Assembly (NCBI GenBank): GCA_964372895.1
Contig: CAYJRT010000001.1
Coordinates: 1-24,914, forward strand
Direction of reading: 5' to 3'
DNA length: 24,914 bases
Source of the DNA: an uncultured Candidatus Saccharibacteria bacterium
Lineage (GTDB): Bacteria > Patescibacteriota > Minisyncoccia > Minisyncoccales > UBA10102
Position 1 is the first letter of the stretch. Every line of letters begins with the position of its first letter. Below the pieces are notes generated by a model that searched no databases, was not told the origin of the DNA, and saw only the letters and a list, made by a program, of their open reading frames with translations. Below, piece after piece: positions 14,772 to 22,461 of this stretch. The translations under genes and the position numbers were made by a program.

Positions 14772-17333
14772 TTAGAGTTTTATGACGCTGAATGTTGCAG
14801 GGTCAACCGCAATCCGATCCCCTCTTTTTATTGTATTGGAGAGAAGCGCGACGGCAAGCGAGTTTTCCACTTTGTCCTGCAGCACGCGACGCATATTGCG
14901 CGCGCCAAAAGTGGGATTATATCCGAGTTCTGCAATCTTTGCCTTGAGTTCTTCGGTAATTTTCAATTCAATTCCTTTTTCTGTCATCATGGTACTTTGC
15001 AGTTTTTTGAGCATGAGTCCTGCGATTTGAAGCAGATGCTCTTTGGTGAGCGGAGTGAACAAAATGACTCCGTCGAATCGATTGAGAAATTCTGGCCGAT
15101 AAATTCCTTCTTGGAACAAAAAGTCGAGCATTTGTTCTTTGAGATGTGCAAAATCTTGTTGTTGCTTGATTGCCTGCAGAATAAGCTGATAGCCCGCGTT
15201 GCTCGTTGCAATAATAATGGTATGGCGAAAATCAGTTTTGCGACCGAGACCGTCGGTAACATGGCCTTCATCCAACACCTGCAGGAAAAGGTTTAAAATA
15301 TTAGAATGAGCTTTTTCCAGTTCGTCGAGTAAAAGAAGCGAGAAGGGAGCTTCTCTTACACTGGTGGTCAACAACCCTTCTTGGGTTGGGGTTCCGAGAA
15401 GCCGGTCAATGTCTCTCACGTTTTGGAATTCCGACATGTCCAAACGTATCATGCGGGATTCAGATCCAAAATAAATTGCAGCCAACGCTTTGGCGGTTTC
15501 GGTTTTGCCTACTCCCGTGGGTCCCAAGAAAAGAAAGCTTCCCATAGGGCCGGATCGCGTTGCCACTTGCGCTCTGGCGCGCCGCAGAGCCGAAGCTACC
15601 TCCTTTACCGCTTCTTCTTGATTGACAATGCGCGTGTGAATGAGCTTTTCAAGGTCAAGCAGAGTTTGCCGTTCTTCAGTTTCAATATCACCTACGGGGA
15701 TTTGAGTGCGTTCCGTAACTACCGCAGCCACATGCTTTGGCAAAAGCACTTCGTCTGGAGTTTGCGCTAACCAACTCATTGTTTCATCGAGTAAGTCAGC
15801 CGCCTTTTTTGGAAAAGGCACTGCCTGAATATATTTGTCAGCATACGCCACGATTGTTTGCAACGCAGGATACGAAATGAATTTTTTATACGTTTTTTCA
15901 AACATGGGCACGGTTTCTTGCAAGACCTCGAGCGTTTCTGCTTGGGAAAGTTCCGCAACTTCTACCTGATCAAAGAAAGAAAGAAACGAAGGGTTTTGCT
16001 CCAAGTATCGGTGAAGTCCTGCGAATGTCGTAATGGCAATAAACGGAAATTGCGGGAGTTTTATATACGAAGAAAGAATACCTGTGATATTCATTCTTCC
16101 AGCTGCCTGCCCAAGCTCTTCTCCCACGAAATTGTGAAGGTCGTCGATTACTAAAATAATATTGCCTGCTGCAACAACTTCTCGAAAAATCTCGCTTAAA
16201 ACCGCCTCTGCTTCTTCCAAAGTCTGAATAGATGCAACGAGACTGGCGAGGTCAAGCTCCATAACGCGTTTGTAATTCAAATTTGGGTTGTGGCTCTCGC
16301 CCAGCATGCTTTGAGATGCCAAATTTTGAATTAAGCGCCGTCTTCCAGAGCCCGGGTTTCCAATGAGTAGCACATTGTTTGCTTGCTGGCGAGAGAGGAT
16401 GCGTTCTATGGCTTCTTTTTCTCTTTCGTGGCCTATCGCGCGAGGAAATCGTGCAGCCATGACTTCTTTCGAGATATCGTAACTAAACTGGTCGAGCATA
16501 AGAGCGTAACCCGCAGCCCAATCTTTTCCGAGTGTGCCGCGTCGCCTTAAATTTTTTTTGAGCCAAAACTTTTTTTGCTCCTCAACTTGGGTGCGAATTT
16601 TATAATGCCATTTGACAATATTGGGGATATCACGCTCTGGCAAAAAATTTTGCTCGATAAGATATTGCTTGAAAAAGGCGTCAGAATAAGCCAAAGCGCT
16701 TAGCAAATCTTCAACCTCTACTTTGGGGTGTTCCTGTTGTTTTGCGAGATCAATCGCTTTCGTAATGGTTGCTTGGAAATCTGGCGCAAAAGAGAGTTGA
16801 GTTGTCTTTCTTAAGCGAAGCACTTGAGATTTAAACTGTTTTTCAATGTTCTGTTTGAGCTCTTTGGGGGAAAGCAGCATGCGAGAGAGCATGAGTCCTA
16901 ACGAGGGGTTTTCTTGGAGAAGAACATAGAGAAGAGTTTGTGAATTCAAAGCGAGAAATTGCTGTTGTTGCGCGTATTTGGTTGCCTTTTGTGCGACATG
17001 CAGCGCCTGGAAAGAAAGAAATTCTGCAAAATTTCCTTTTGCAACTAAAGGCAGCGTGTTCTTTAAACTTTCACCGAAGCGTTCAAGCAAAAATATGGAT
17101 GCTCCATACGCAAACATAAGAAACGTAAGCCCAAGCAAGGTTCTACTTATTTGCTGTGAAACCACTCCTTCTGCTGGAATAAAAGTAAGAAGAAAAAGCA
17201 AGAACAGGAGCAAAAAAATCCACTGGGTTGCTCTTCGAATTTTTGAGAGAAAAGCAATATGAAAATGATTGTGAAACCACAATGCGCGCGCGAGAGAGGA
17301 ATCCTCAATATTAAAAGAGAAGGAAGATGCCAT
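14772..17333 (-). CDS. Membrane-anchored ClpA/B-like AAA+ protein with degenerate D1
   Basis: Two N-terminal TM helices, Clp-N-like repeats, D1 with GNPGSGRR and IDDLH, D2 with GPTGVGKTET, RLDMSEF, LLDELEKAH, RPEFLNRFD and GARNMRR. Confidence 0.88.
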   Translation of the reverse strand: MASSFSFNIEDSSLARALWFHNHFHIAFLSKIRRATQWIFLLLFLLFLLTFIPAEGVVSQQISRTLLGLTFLMFAYGASIFLLERFGESLKNTLPLVAKGNFAEFLSFQALHVAQKATKYAQQQQFLALNSQTLLYVLLQENPSLGLMLSRMLLSPKELKQNIEKQFKSQVLRLRKTTQLSFAPDFQATITKAIDLAKQQEHPKVEVEDLLSALAYSDAFFKQYLIEQNFLPERDIPNIVKWHYKIRTQVEEQKKFWLKKNLRRRGTLGKDWAAGYALMLDQFSYDISKEVMAARFPRAIGHEREKEAIERILSRQQANNVLLIGNPGSGRRRLIQNLASQSMLGESHNPNLNYKRVMELDLASLVASIQTLEEAEAVLSEIFREVVAAGNIILVIDDLHNFVGEELGQAAGRMNITGILSSYIKLPQFPFIAITTFAGLHRYLEQNPSFLSFFDQVEVAELSQAETLEVLQETVPMFEKTYKKFISYPALQTIVAYADKYIQAVPFPKKAADLLDETMSWLAQTPDEVLLPKHVAAVVTERTQIPVGDIETEERQTLLDLEKLIHTRIVNQEEAVKEVASALRRARAQVATRSGPMGSFLFLGPTGVGKTETAKALAAIYFGSESRMIRLDMSEFQNVRDIDRLLGTPTQEGLLTTSVREAPFSLLLLDELEKAHSNILNLFLQVLDEGHVTDGLGRKTDFRHTIIIATSNAGYQLILQAIKQQQDFAHLKEQMLDFLFQEGIYRPEFLNRFDGVILFTPLTKEHLLQIAGLMLKKLQSTMMTEKGIELKITEELKAKIAELGYNPTFGARNMRRVLQDKVENSLAVALLSNTIKRGDRIAVDPATFSVIKL

Positions 17334-17694
17334 AAAAGAAACTTACTCCAATGAGCACAGGTAATGCAAGCCAAAACAAAAGAAAAAGACTGCCCAACAC
17401 AAGAAGCACAACTTCTCCTATAAAGCCTACTCCAATAAGAAAACTTCGCATAATAGCTCCCAAAATTCGAGAAATCAAATTAGAGCCAAATATAAAAAGA
17501 TACCTTCCGATATCAAATCCTCTTCCATACTCCCATGTAATTCTTCGCCAAGGAGCAAAAAATGTTTTGAGCAAAAGCAAAACAGAAAAATAGTTGAAAT
17601 TAAACCAGAGGATATTCCCCCATCCTTTCAGAATATCCTGCATTGCTTCGAGATAGTGCCATTTCAGGTAGTGGAGCAGTAAAAGAGATTGCAT
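17311..17694 (-). CDS. Uncharacterised small membrane protein overlapping the Clp-like gene start by 23 bp
   Basis: 127 aa, aromatic-rich (WHY...FNYFS..LLKTFFAPWRR), with a hydrophobic C-terminal hairpin. Confidence 0.75.
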   Translation of the reverse strand: MQSLLLLHYLKWHYLEAMQDILKGWGNILWFNFNYFSVLLLLKTFFAPWRRITWEYGRGFDIGRYLFIFGSNLISRILGAIMRSFLIGVGFIGEVVLLVLGSLFLLFWLALPVLIGVSFFYGIFLLF

Positions 17695-17706
17695 GCACGC
17701 AGTATA

Positions 17707-18546
17707 TCACATTGCGCAATCAGAGCCCAGTTTTTGGAGGAATTGTTCAGAGAGCGTTTTTGCAAAAGCAAACGAAAAACCTGTCCACTGCCAGACGCGC
17801 ACGAGACACCAAGTGTCTCCTTTTTTGGCATAGGGAATTTCTTGTTCAGATTCAGAAGGCTCCCAACTTCGAGTCAACAATTCCACAATTTCTTTGTTGC
17901 CATCTCCACTTACATCGGAGACCTGAATGTCTTCGGTGTGAGTAACGGTGCCGCCCAAAAGAAAAATTGCGTCGCGCGTTTGGCCTTGTTTCTCTTGAAG
18001 CTGAATCCATGTAAGTTTTTTCTCTTGCGTCTCAAAGTTCAAAAACCCGTGGGCAACGTTTGAGGCTCCTCCAAATCCCAAAGAAAAGAAAAGCTCTGGA
18101 ATGCCGTCTGAAGTAATATCTTCAAGTTCTTTCACTGTAGGCACGTCGTGCAAGAGCTCTTGGTACTCAACCCTTCCTCTATTTTCGTATTCCCCTTCTT
18201 GGTTGAGCACAGTGAGCACTTGTATGGTTGCTGCGCGCGGTCTTGCAAAAGGATCTTGAGTTCTTTCCGCAGCGCCAATGAGTAATTCGGGACCACCTTT
18301 TCGATCAAGATTTGTTAACGTATAGGTCGCAGTTTCTGCATCGAATCTCGCTTCAAGAGCGTTTTTGAGTATGTTTTGCGCGAGTTGTTCTGAAATCTCG
18401 AAAGTTTCCTCCTGGTTGGACTTGAGAGTTTGCGTCTGTTTTTCTGGAAGGTTGGACAAAGACAAGGGTTCTTTTTGATCGGACACAACAAAAAGTCCTA
18501 CCCCGATAACCACAATAAGCGCGATAAATAAAAAAAGTAATTTCAT
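17707..18546 (-). CDS. Membrane-anchored extracellular protein with three FG-GAP/VCBS-like Dx(D/S)G..E loops
   Basis: N-terminal signal anchor; motifs NLDRKGGPELLIG, DITSDGIPELFFS and DVSGDGNKEIVE. Confidence 0.65.
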   Translation of the reverse strand: MKLLFLFIALIVVIGVGLFVVSDQKEPLSLSNLPEKQTQTLKSNQEETFEISEQLAQNILKNALEARFDAETATYTLTNLDRKGGPELLIGAAERTQDPFARPRAATIQVLTVLNQEGEYENRGRVEYQELLHDVPTVKELEDITSDGIPELFFSLGFGGASNVAHGFLNFETQEKKLTWIQLQEKQGQTRDAIFLLGGTVTHTEDIQVSDVSGDGNKEIVELLTRSWEPSESEQEIPYAKKGDTWCLVRVWQWTGFSFAFAKTLSEQFLQKLGSDCAM

Positions 18547-18551
18547 GAGTG

Positions 18552-18663
18552 CAGTCCCGCACCTTTTTCTCGGTGGGTGTAGAAGGTTTCGAACCTTCGG
18601 CCTCTTCGATGTGAACGAAGCGCTCTACCACTGAGCTATACACCCATAAAAGGTGCGGGGCTG
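18552..18663. repeat. 16-bp inverted repeat bracketing tRNA-Val
   Basis: CAGTCCCGCACCTTTT (18552-18567) and AAAAGGTGCGGGGCTG (18648-18663); 15/16 complementary. Confidence 0.88.
18574..18645 (-). tRNA. tRNA-Val(CAC)
   Basis: GGGTGTA/TACACCC acceptor, GCTC-AGTGGTA-GAGC D-arm, CTTCG-TTCACAT-CGAAG anticodon arm, GAAGG-TTCGAAA-CCTTC T-arm. Confidence 0.95.
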
Positions 18664-18681
18664 AACCAAATAACTGATACT

Positions 18682-18709
18682 ACTATAGCAGAAGTTGTGG
18701 GATTTTCAA
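18682..18709 (-). promoter_or_regulatory. Promoter for tRNA-Val and downstream genes
   Basis: TTGAAA (18709-18704), 16-nt spacer ending TGC, TATAGT (18687-18682); extended -10. Confidence 0.65.
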
Positions 18710-18741
18710 TGCATTGGCAATGCAGATAAGAGTAAACGATT

Positions 18742-18779
18742 TGTTCCATTTCATTGACGATCGTTAATTTTGTGAAACA
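18742..18779. repeat. 38-bp palindromic repeat 2U (upstream of PaaX/Cas2-like gene 2)
   Basis: TGTTCCATTTCATTGACGATCGTTAATTTTGTGAAACA; the first 27 nt are identical to 19348-19385. Confidence 0.93.
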
Positions 18780-18784
18780 ATAGA

Positions 18785-19342
18785 ATGTGTATGAGGTTTT
18801 TAAAAGAAAATTCTGTCCCCTACGAAATTTTGATGAGCCTTAGGGAACTAGGGAGCGATTATGTGTATTTTACATTTCACCCTCCGCGTTCTGTGCGTGG
18901 TGCCTTATATCAGATGGATCGAAGAATTAATGATCGTACGAGAGCGCAAGCGATAGGAAAACTTAAGAAACAAGGTTTGCTTGCAGAATATAAAAAAGGC
19001 GGTGAGCGGTATTTAAGGATTACTGAAAAGGGAAAGGTAGAAATTATAAGATATAAACTTAAACAAAAGAATGTAGAACAATGGGATAAAAAATGGCGAG
19101 TTATTATTTTCGATATTCCAGAGGTCACACGGAAAGACCGGAATTTTTTAAGGCAACAGTTAAAATGGCTCGGCTTCTTTGAACTCCAGAAGAGCGTATG
19201 GGTGTTCCCCTATGAGGTCAAAAAGGACTTGGAAGCGTTCATAAAGCTCTGCAATATTGAATTAAACGGTGACATTCGATTCTTGATTGTGGAGCAAATG
19301 GAAGATAAAGATCTACGGCGTCATTTTGGCTTGAAATCGTAG
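18785..19342 (+). CDS. PaaX-like wHTH plus Cas2-like domain protein, copy 2
   Basis: wHTH-like region (AIGKLKKQGLL...LRITEKG), then WDKKWRVIIFDIPE..RKDRNFLRQQLKWLGFFELQKSVWVFP, ending HFGLKS. The start may be ATG 18791. Confidence 0.82.
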   Translation: MCMRFLKENSVPYEILMSLRELGSDYVYFTFHPPRSVRGALYQMDRRINDRTRAQAIGKLKKQGLLAEYKKGGERYLRITEKGKVEIIRYKLKQKNVEQWDKKWRVIIFDIPEVTRKDRNFLRQQLKWLGFFELQKSVWVFPYEVKKDLEAFIKLCNIELNGDIRFLIVEQMEDKDLRRHFGLKS

Positions 19343-19347
19343 ATAAC

Positions 19348-19385
19348 TGTTCCATTTCATTGACGATCGTTAATAAAATGGAACA
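19348..19385. repeat. 38-bp palindromic repeat 2D (downstream of PaaX/Cas2-like gene 2)
   Basis: TGTTCCATTT-C-ATT-G-ACGATCGT-T-AAT-A-AAATGGAACA; 17 of 19 symmetric positions are Watson-Crick pairs. Confidence 0.93.
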
Positions 19386-19412
19386 GAAGGTTATCTCTCT
19401 TTGTTTACCTGT

Positions 19413-19441
19413 TTGTGTTTCCCTTGCGAATTTTTTATAAT
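19413..19441 (+). promoter_or_regulatory. Candidate promoter for the 19453 gene
   Basis: TTGTGT (19413-19418), 17-nt spacer, TATAAT (19436-19441); ATG 11 nt later. Confidence 0.55.
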
Positions 19442-19452
19442 GAAAAAACGCC

Positions 19453-21282
19453 ATGAAAATATTTGAATTTCAGTTTAATCCTAAAACAAAAGACGATAGG
19501 TTTTTCGGCGTGTTTTCATATGAAGCTCCAAAAGAGCAACAAGAGAAAGGCAACATGTACATGGTGGGAGAGCTTCAAAACGCGTTGCCAAACAATGCCC
19601 AATTTCTCAATCGGTTAGCAGAACTTATTCGCCAGGAATATTATAGTTCAGAAAAACAAAAGCAAAACGGTTTGCAACGATTAAAAAACGCACTCAAGAA
19701 AGCAAATACTTTTTTGACAGAAGAATCCAAAAAAGAAAACGTGAGCTGGCTTGGAAATCTGAATTTTCTGCTCTTGCTTTTTGTGCCTGCCTCGCGGCAA
19801 GGCGGGCCTGCTTCTCAAGGTTACACTCTTTATTTTGCTAAAGTTGGCTCCATGAAACTTTGGATAGCAAGGGGAGGTTCACTCGTTGACGCAGGAAAAA
19901 GCATTGAATCTGCGAAAAGCCAAGAAGTTGCCGGTAAGGTATTTGGAAACGTGGGTTCAGGCAAGGTAGTACCCCGAGACCGCGTTATTGGTGTTACTCA
20001 AGAGGCATTTGATTTTTTTTCGAAGGAAAACTTCTTGCAAACCATTTCGCAATTCAAAGAGCAAAAACAATTCAAAAGCATTTTTAAGTCCAAGCAAAAA
20101 GAAATGTCGCAGCTTCTAGGAATTTTGTTTTTCGTACTTGTGGAGGCTTTAGAACAAGCGCAGGAATCAAATGCGCACATACCTCAACTCAAACTGCCTA
20201 TTCTTCCTATACACATAGCGCTTCCTGCCCTGCCTGTGCCTCGAAAAATTCCTGTTCCTACCATATCTTTGCCCGATATTTCTTTTCTCAAGCAGAGACT
20301 TCCCTTCTTCACGGTTTCTGAAGCAAAGAAGCGCATAGGACTTCTTTCCCTTCTTTGTTTTCTATTGCTTTTGGGATTTGCAGTTGTGGGAAGGGAACGA
20401 ATAAAGAACAGCGAATCACTTTTGTCAGCTACAGGCTTTGAGCCAAAAGAAATGAGCGAGGAATTTCGAGTATTGCACAAAATCACAGAGATTTCAGAGC
20501 CAGAAGTTGCCGTGGAACTCAATTCATCTTTTGCTGCGGCAAATCTTGGAAATATAATTCATTGGGGAAGTCGATTTTATTTCTTTGACGTTTCTTCTCC
20601 CAATATTTTTGTGTTTGACAGCGCAGTGAATACTTCAGAAATTTTTGGCACAGGCAAAAATCTCAAATTCGGAACAAGTTTTGGAGATTCCGCATTGTTT
20701 TTTGCAGAGCCCAACACGATTGTGTCGATTGACGAACGAAACACCATACTCCAGCATACAATCGAACTTTTTTCGCAAGACTCCCAATTGGGAGGAATGG
20801 AACAATTTGCAGGCAATCTCTACTTTTTCGATTCGCGCAATGGAGAAATTTTTAAATCTGGTGTTCCTGCTTTTAGGCAGGTGAGACTTGAGCAATGGCT
20901 CGATCCCCTTTCTTCCAAAAAACCAATCAATGCTCAATCTATGAGCATTGATGGGAATATTTGGATTCTTACGTCAAAAAACGAGATCCAACGATATTTC
21001 AGAGGCAAATACCAGGAGAGTCTTGTGGTTTCTATAGTGCCCGCATTTCAACATGCAATTTTACTCAAGACAAGTTCCCAACTCCCCTATTTGTATATTT
21101 TAGAGCCAGTACAACAGAGATTAGTGGTATTGAACAAATCTGGTGAACTCATTCAACAATATCGCAGTGCTGTGTTCAAGGAGGTCAGAGATTTTGTTGT
21201 TTCACCAAACGACCAAACAATCTATCTGTTTTCTGGAACAAAACTCTATCAAATTTTGCCCGCAATAGGAGGTTCTATGTAA
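19453..21282 (+). CDS. Bitopic protein: degenerate PP2C/PPM-like cytoplasmic domain, Pro-rich linker, TM helix, extracellular NHL-like beta-propeller
   Basis: The N-terminal alpha/beta pattern (MYMVGEL; ALKKAN; [17 protein letters not shown]; [13 protein letters not shown]) follows PP2C topology. TM helix [18 protein letters not shown]; propeller blades [27 protein letters not shown] and YLYILEP..QRLVVL. Confidence 0.6.
   Translation: MKIFEFQFNPKTKDDRFFGVFSYEAPKEQQEKGNMYMVGELQNALPNNAQFLNRLAELIRQEYYSSEKQKQNGLQRLKNALKKANTFLTEESKKENVSWLGNLNFLLLLFVPASRQGGPASQGYTLYFAKVGSMKLWIARGGSLVDAGKSIESAKSQEVAGKVFGNVGSGKVVPRDRVIGVTQEAFDFFSKENFLQTISQFKEQKQFKSIFKSKQKEMSQLLGILFFVLVEALEQAQESNAHIPQLKLPILPIHIALPALPVPRKIPVPTISLPDISFLKQRLPFFTVSEAKKRIGLLSLLCFLLLLGFAVVGRERIKNSESLLSATGFEPKEMSEEFRVLHKITEISEPEVAVELNSSFAAANLGNIIHWGSRFYFFDVSSPNIFVFDSAVNTSEIFGTGKNLKFGTSFGDSALFFAEPNTIVSIDERNTILQHTIELFSQDSQLGGMEQFAGNLYFFDSRNGEIFKSGVPAFRQVRLEQWLDPLSSKKPINAQSMSIDGNIWILTSKNEIQRYFRGKYQESLVVSIVPAFQHAILLKTSSQLPYLYILEPVQQRLVVLNKSGELIQQYRSAVFKEVRDFVVSPNDQTIYLFSGTKLYQILPAIGGSM
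19786..19806 (+). repeat. GC-rich hairpin in frame (PASRQGG)
   Basis: CCTGCCT-CGCGGCA-AGGCGGG, 21 bp (7 codons), in an otherwise AT-rich gene. Confidence 0.65.
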
Positions 21283-21706
21283 GCTGTACCGTAGCTCCAG
21301 CAGCCTCAAGCTTTTTCTTGAGATTTTCTGCCTCCTCTTTGTTTGCTCCCTCTTTGACAACTTGTGCGCCAGAAGCTGCGGCGTCGACAAGGTCTTTTGC
21401 GTCTTTGAGACCCTTTCCGGTGGCGTCTCTCACAACTTTAATCACCTCAATTTTCTTGTCCCCCACTGCGCCAAGCACAACGGTAAAGGAAGTTTTTTCT
21501 TCGGCAGCCTCTCCTGCGCCATTTCCGCCAGCAGTGGGAGCCGCGGCCACGGCAATGGGAGCTTGCGCAGACACGCCAAACTTGTCTTCAAGAATGTGTA
21601 CTAACTCGGACAACTCGAGTACGGAGAGTTTTTCGATGCTTTCCACGAGAGATTTAAATTTCTCGGGAACCTCAACCTCTTTTTTTTCTTTTGTTTCTTC
21701 TGTCAT
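21275..21706 (-). CDS. rplL: 50S ribosomal protein bL12
   Basis: [48 protein letters not shown] and [13 protein letters not shown]. Confidence 0.97.
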   Translation of the reverse strand: MTEETKEKKEVEVPEKFKSLVESIEKLSVLELSELVHILEDKFGVSAQAPIAVAAAPTAGGNGAGEAAEEKTSFTVVLGAVGDKKIEVIKVVRDATGKGLKDAKDLVDAAASGAQVVKEGANKEEAENLKKKLEAAGATVQLT

Positions 21707-21742
21707 AATGGTAATGAAAAATTATCTTTACACTTGTTACTT

Positions 21743-22267
21743 TTAATTTTTAACGTACGTTTTGGCTTTAGACAAAACGTATAATAGACCTTTCAAATTT
21801 CCTTGCAATACGCTCGCAAAACCAGATAAGGGAGCCACCATAGTGCCGAGCGCTTGAGCTAAAAGCTCTTCTCTGCTCGGCAAATTGGCAAGCATTATTA
21901 TGCTGGCTGCGCTTTGCAATTCTTTTTCAAAATATCCACCTACAATTTTGAGATTCTCATTTGCCTTGGCAAAGGTATTTGCGGTTTTTATGGGAATCAT
22001 GGGATCTTCAAATGCGAAAATAGTTCCAATCTGCCCTTCTATATTTTTAAAATCAATTGCGATTCCTTTTTCTTTCATTGCTCGGGAAAAAAGGGTTTTT
22101 TTGGAAATCATAAATTTCGAACCTGCTTCTTTGAGTTGATTTCGTAGGGCTATCATATTCCCTACCTTCAAACCCTTGTAATCAACAAACACCATTGCTT
22201 TTTGTTTTTCAAGGTTTTCTGCGAGTTGATCCAGTATTTCTTTTTTCTGTTGTTTTGTTTTGGGCAT
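21743..22267 (-). CDS. rplJ: 50S ribosomal protein uL10
   Basis: MPKTKQQKKE, VDYKGLKV..M..LR, KKTL and LANLPSREELLAQ..G.M.AP. Start set to ATG 22267, downstream of the leader. Confidence 0.96.
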   Translation of the reverse strand: MPKTKQQKKEILDQLAENLEKQKAMVFVDYKGLKVGNMIALRNQLKEAGSKFMISKKTLFSRAMKEKGIAIDFKNIEGQIGTIFAFEDPMIPIKTANTFAKANENLKIVGGYFEKELQSAASIIMLANLPSREELLAQALGTMVAPLSGFASVLQGNLKGLLYVLSKAKTYVKN

Positions 22268-22280
22268 AAAAAATGCCTGC

Positions 22281-22416
22281 TTCCGCAGACAAAAACGTAC
22301 ACGGGGCATTTTTTAACGCTCACCTCGGAGGATTTCGCTAAAATGCCCGTCCGAGCCAAGCAGTTGGCTCGTACCTCGGTAAGTCTTATGCCAAAGGCTG
22401 CTTACGGTCTGCGGAA
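22281..22416 (-). ncRNA. Ribosomal protein L10 leader (cis-regulatory RNA)
   Basis: Closing stem TTCCGCAGAC/GTCTGCGGAA around CGTAAGC...TAAGACTTACCGAGG, resembling the L10-leader core, directly upstream of rplJ. Confidence 0.75.
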
Positions 22417-22431
22417 ATGCTGATGTACTCT

Positions 22432-22461
22432 TTTATACCATAGGGCGGCAAAGGGTGTCAA
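22432..22461 (-). promoter_or_regulatory. Promoter of rplJ-rplL
   Basis: TTGACA (22461-22456, overlapping the mltG stop), 18-nt spacer ending TGG, TATAAA (22437-22432). Confidence 0.7.

Noticed and set aside
7885-19385. CRISPR array or CRISPR-Cas locus
   Set aside because: Only two repeats occur per locus, separated by about 570-600 bp of coding DNA. There are no 25-45-nt spacers and no cas1 or effector genes.
18546-19453. Prophage or integrative island at tRNA-Val
   Set aside because: No integrase and no duplicated tRNA 3' end; the cassette is on the tRNA's 5' side.
20180-20290. LPxLP-type repeats
   Set aside because: A protein-level Pro-rich linker with no clear DNA repeat unit.
21318-21746. 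142-aa Ala/Ser/Thr-rich plus-strand ORF
   Set aside because: The typical antisense mirror of the biased codons of rplL.
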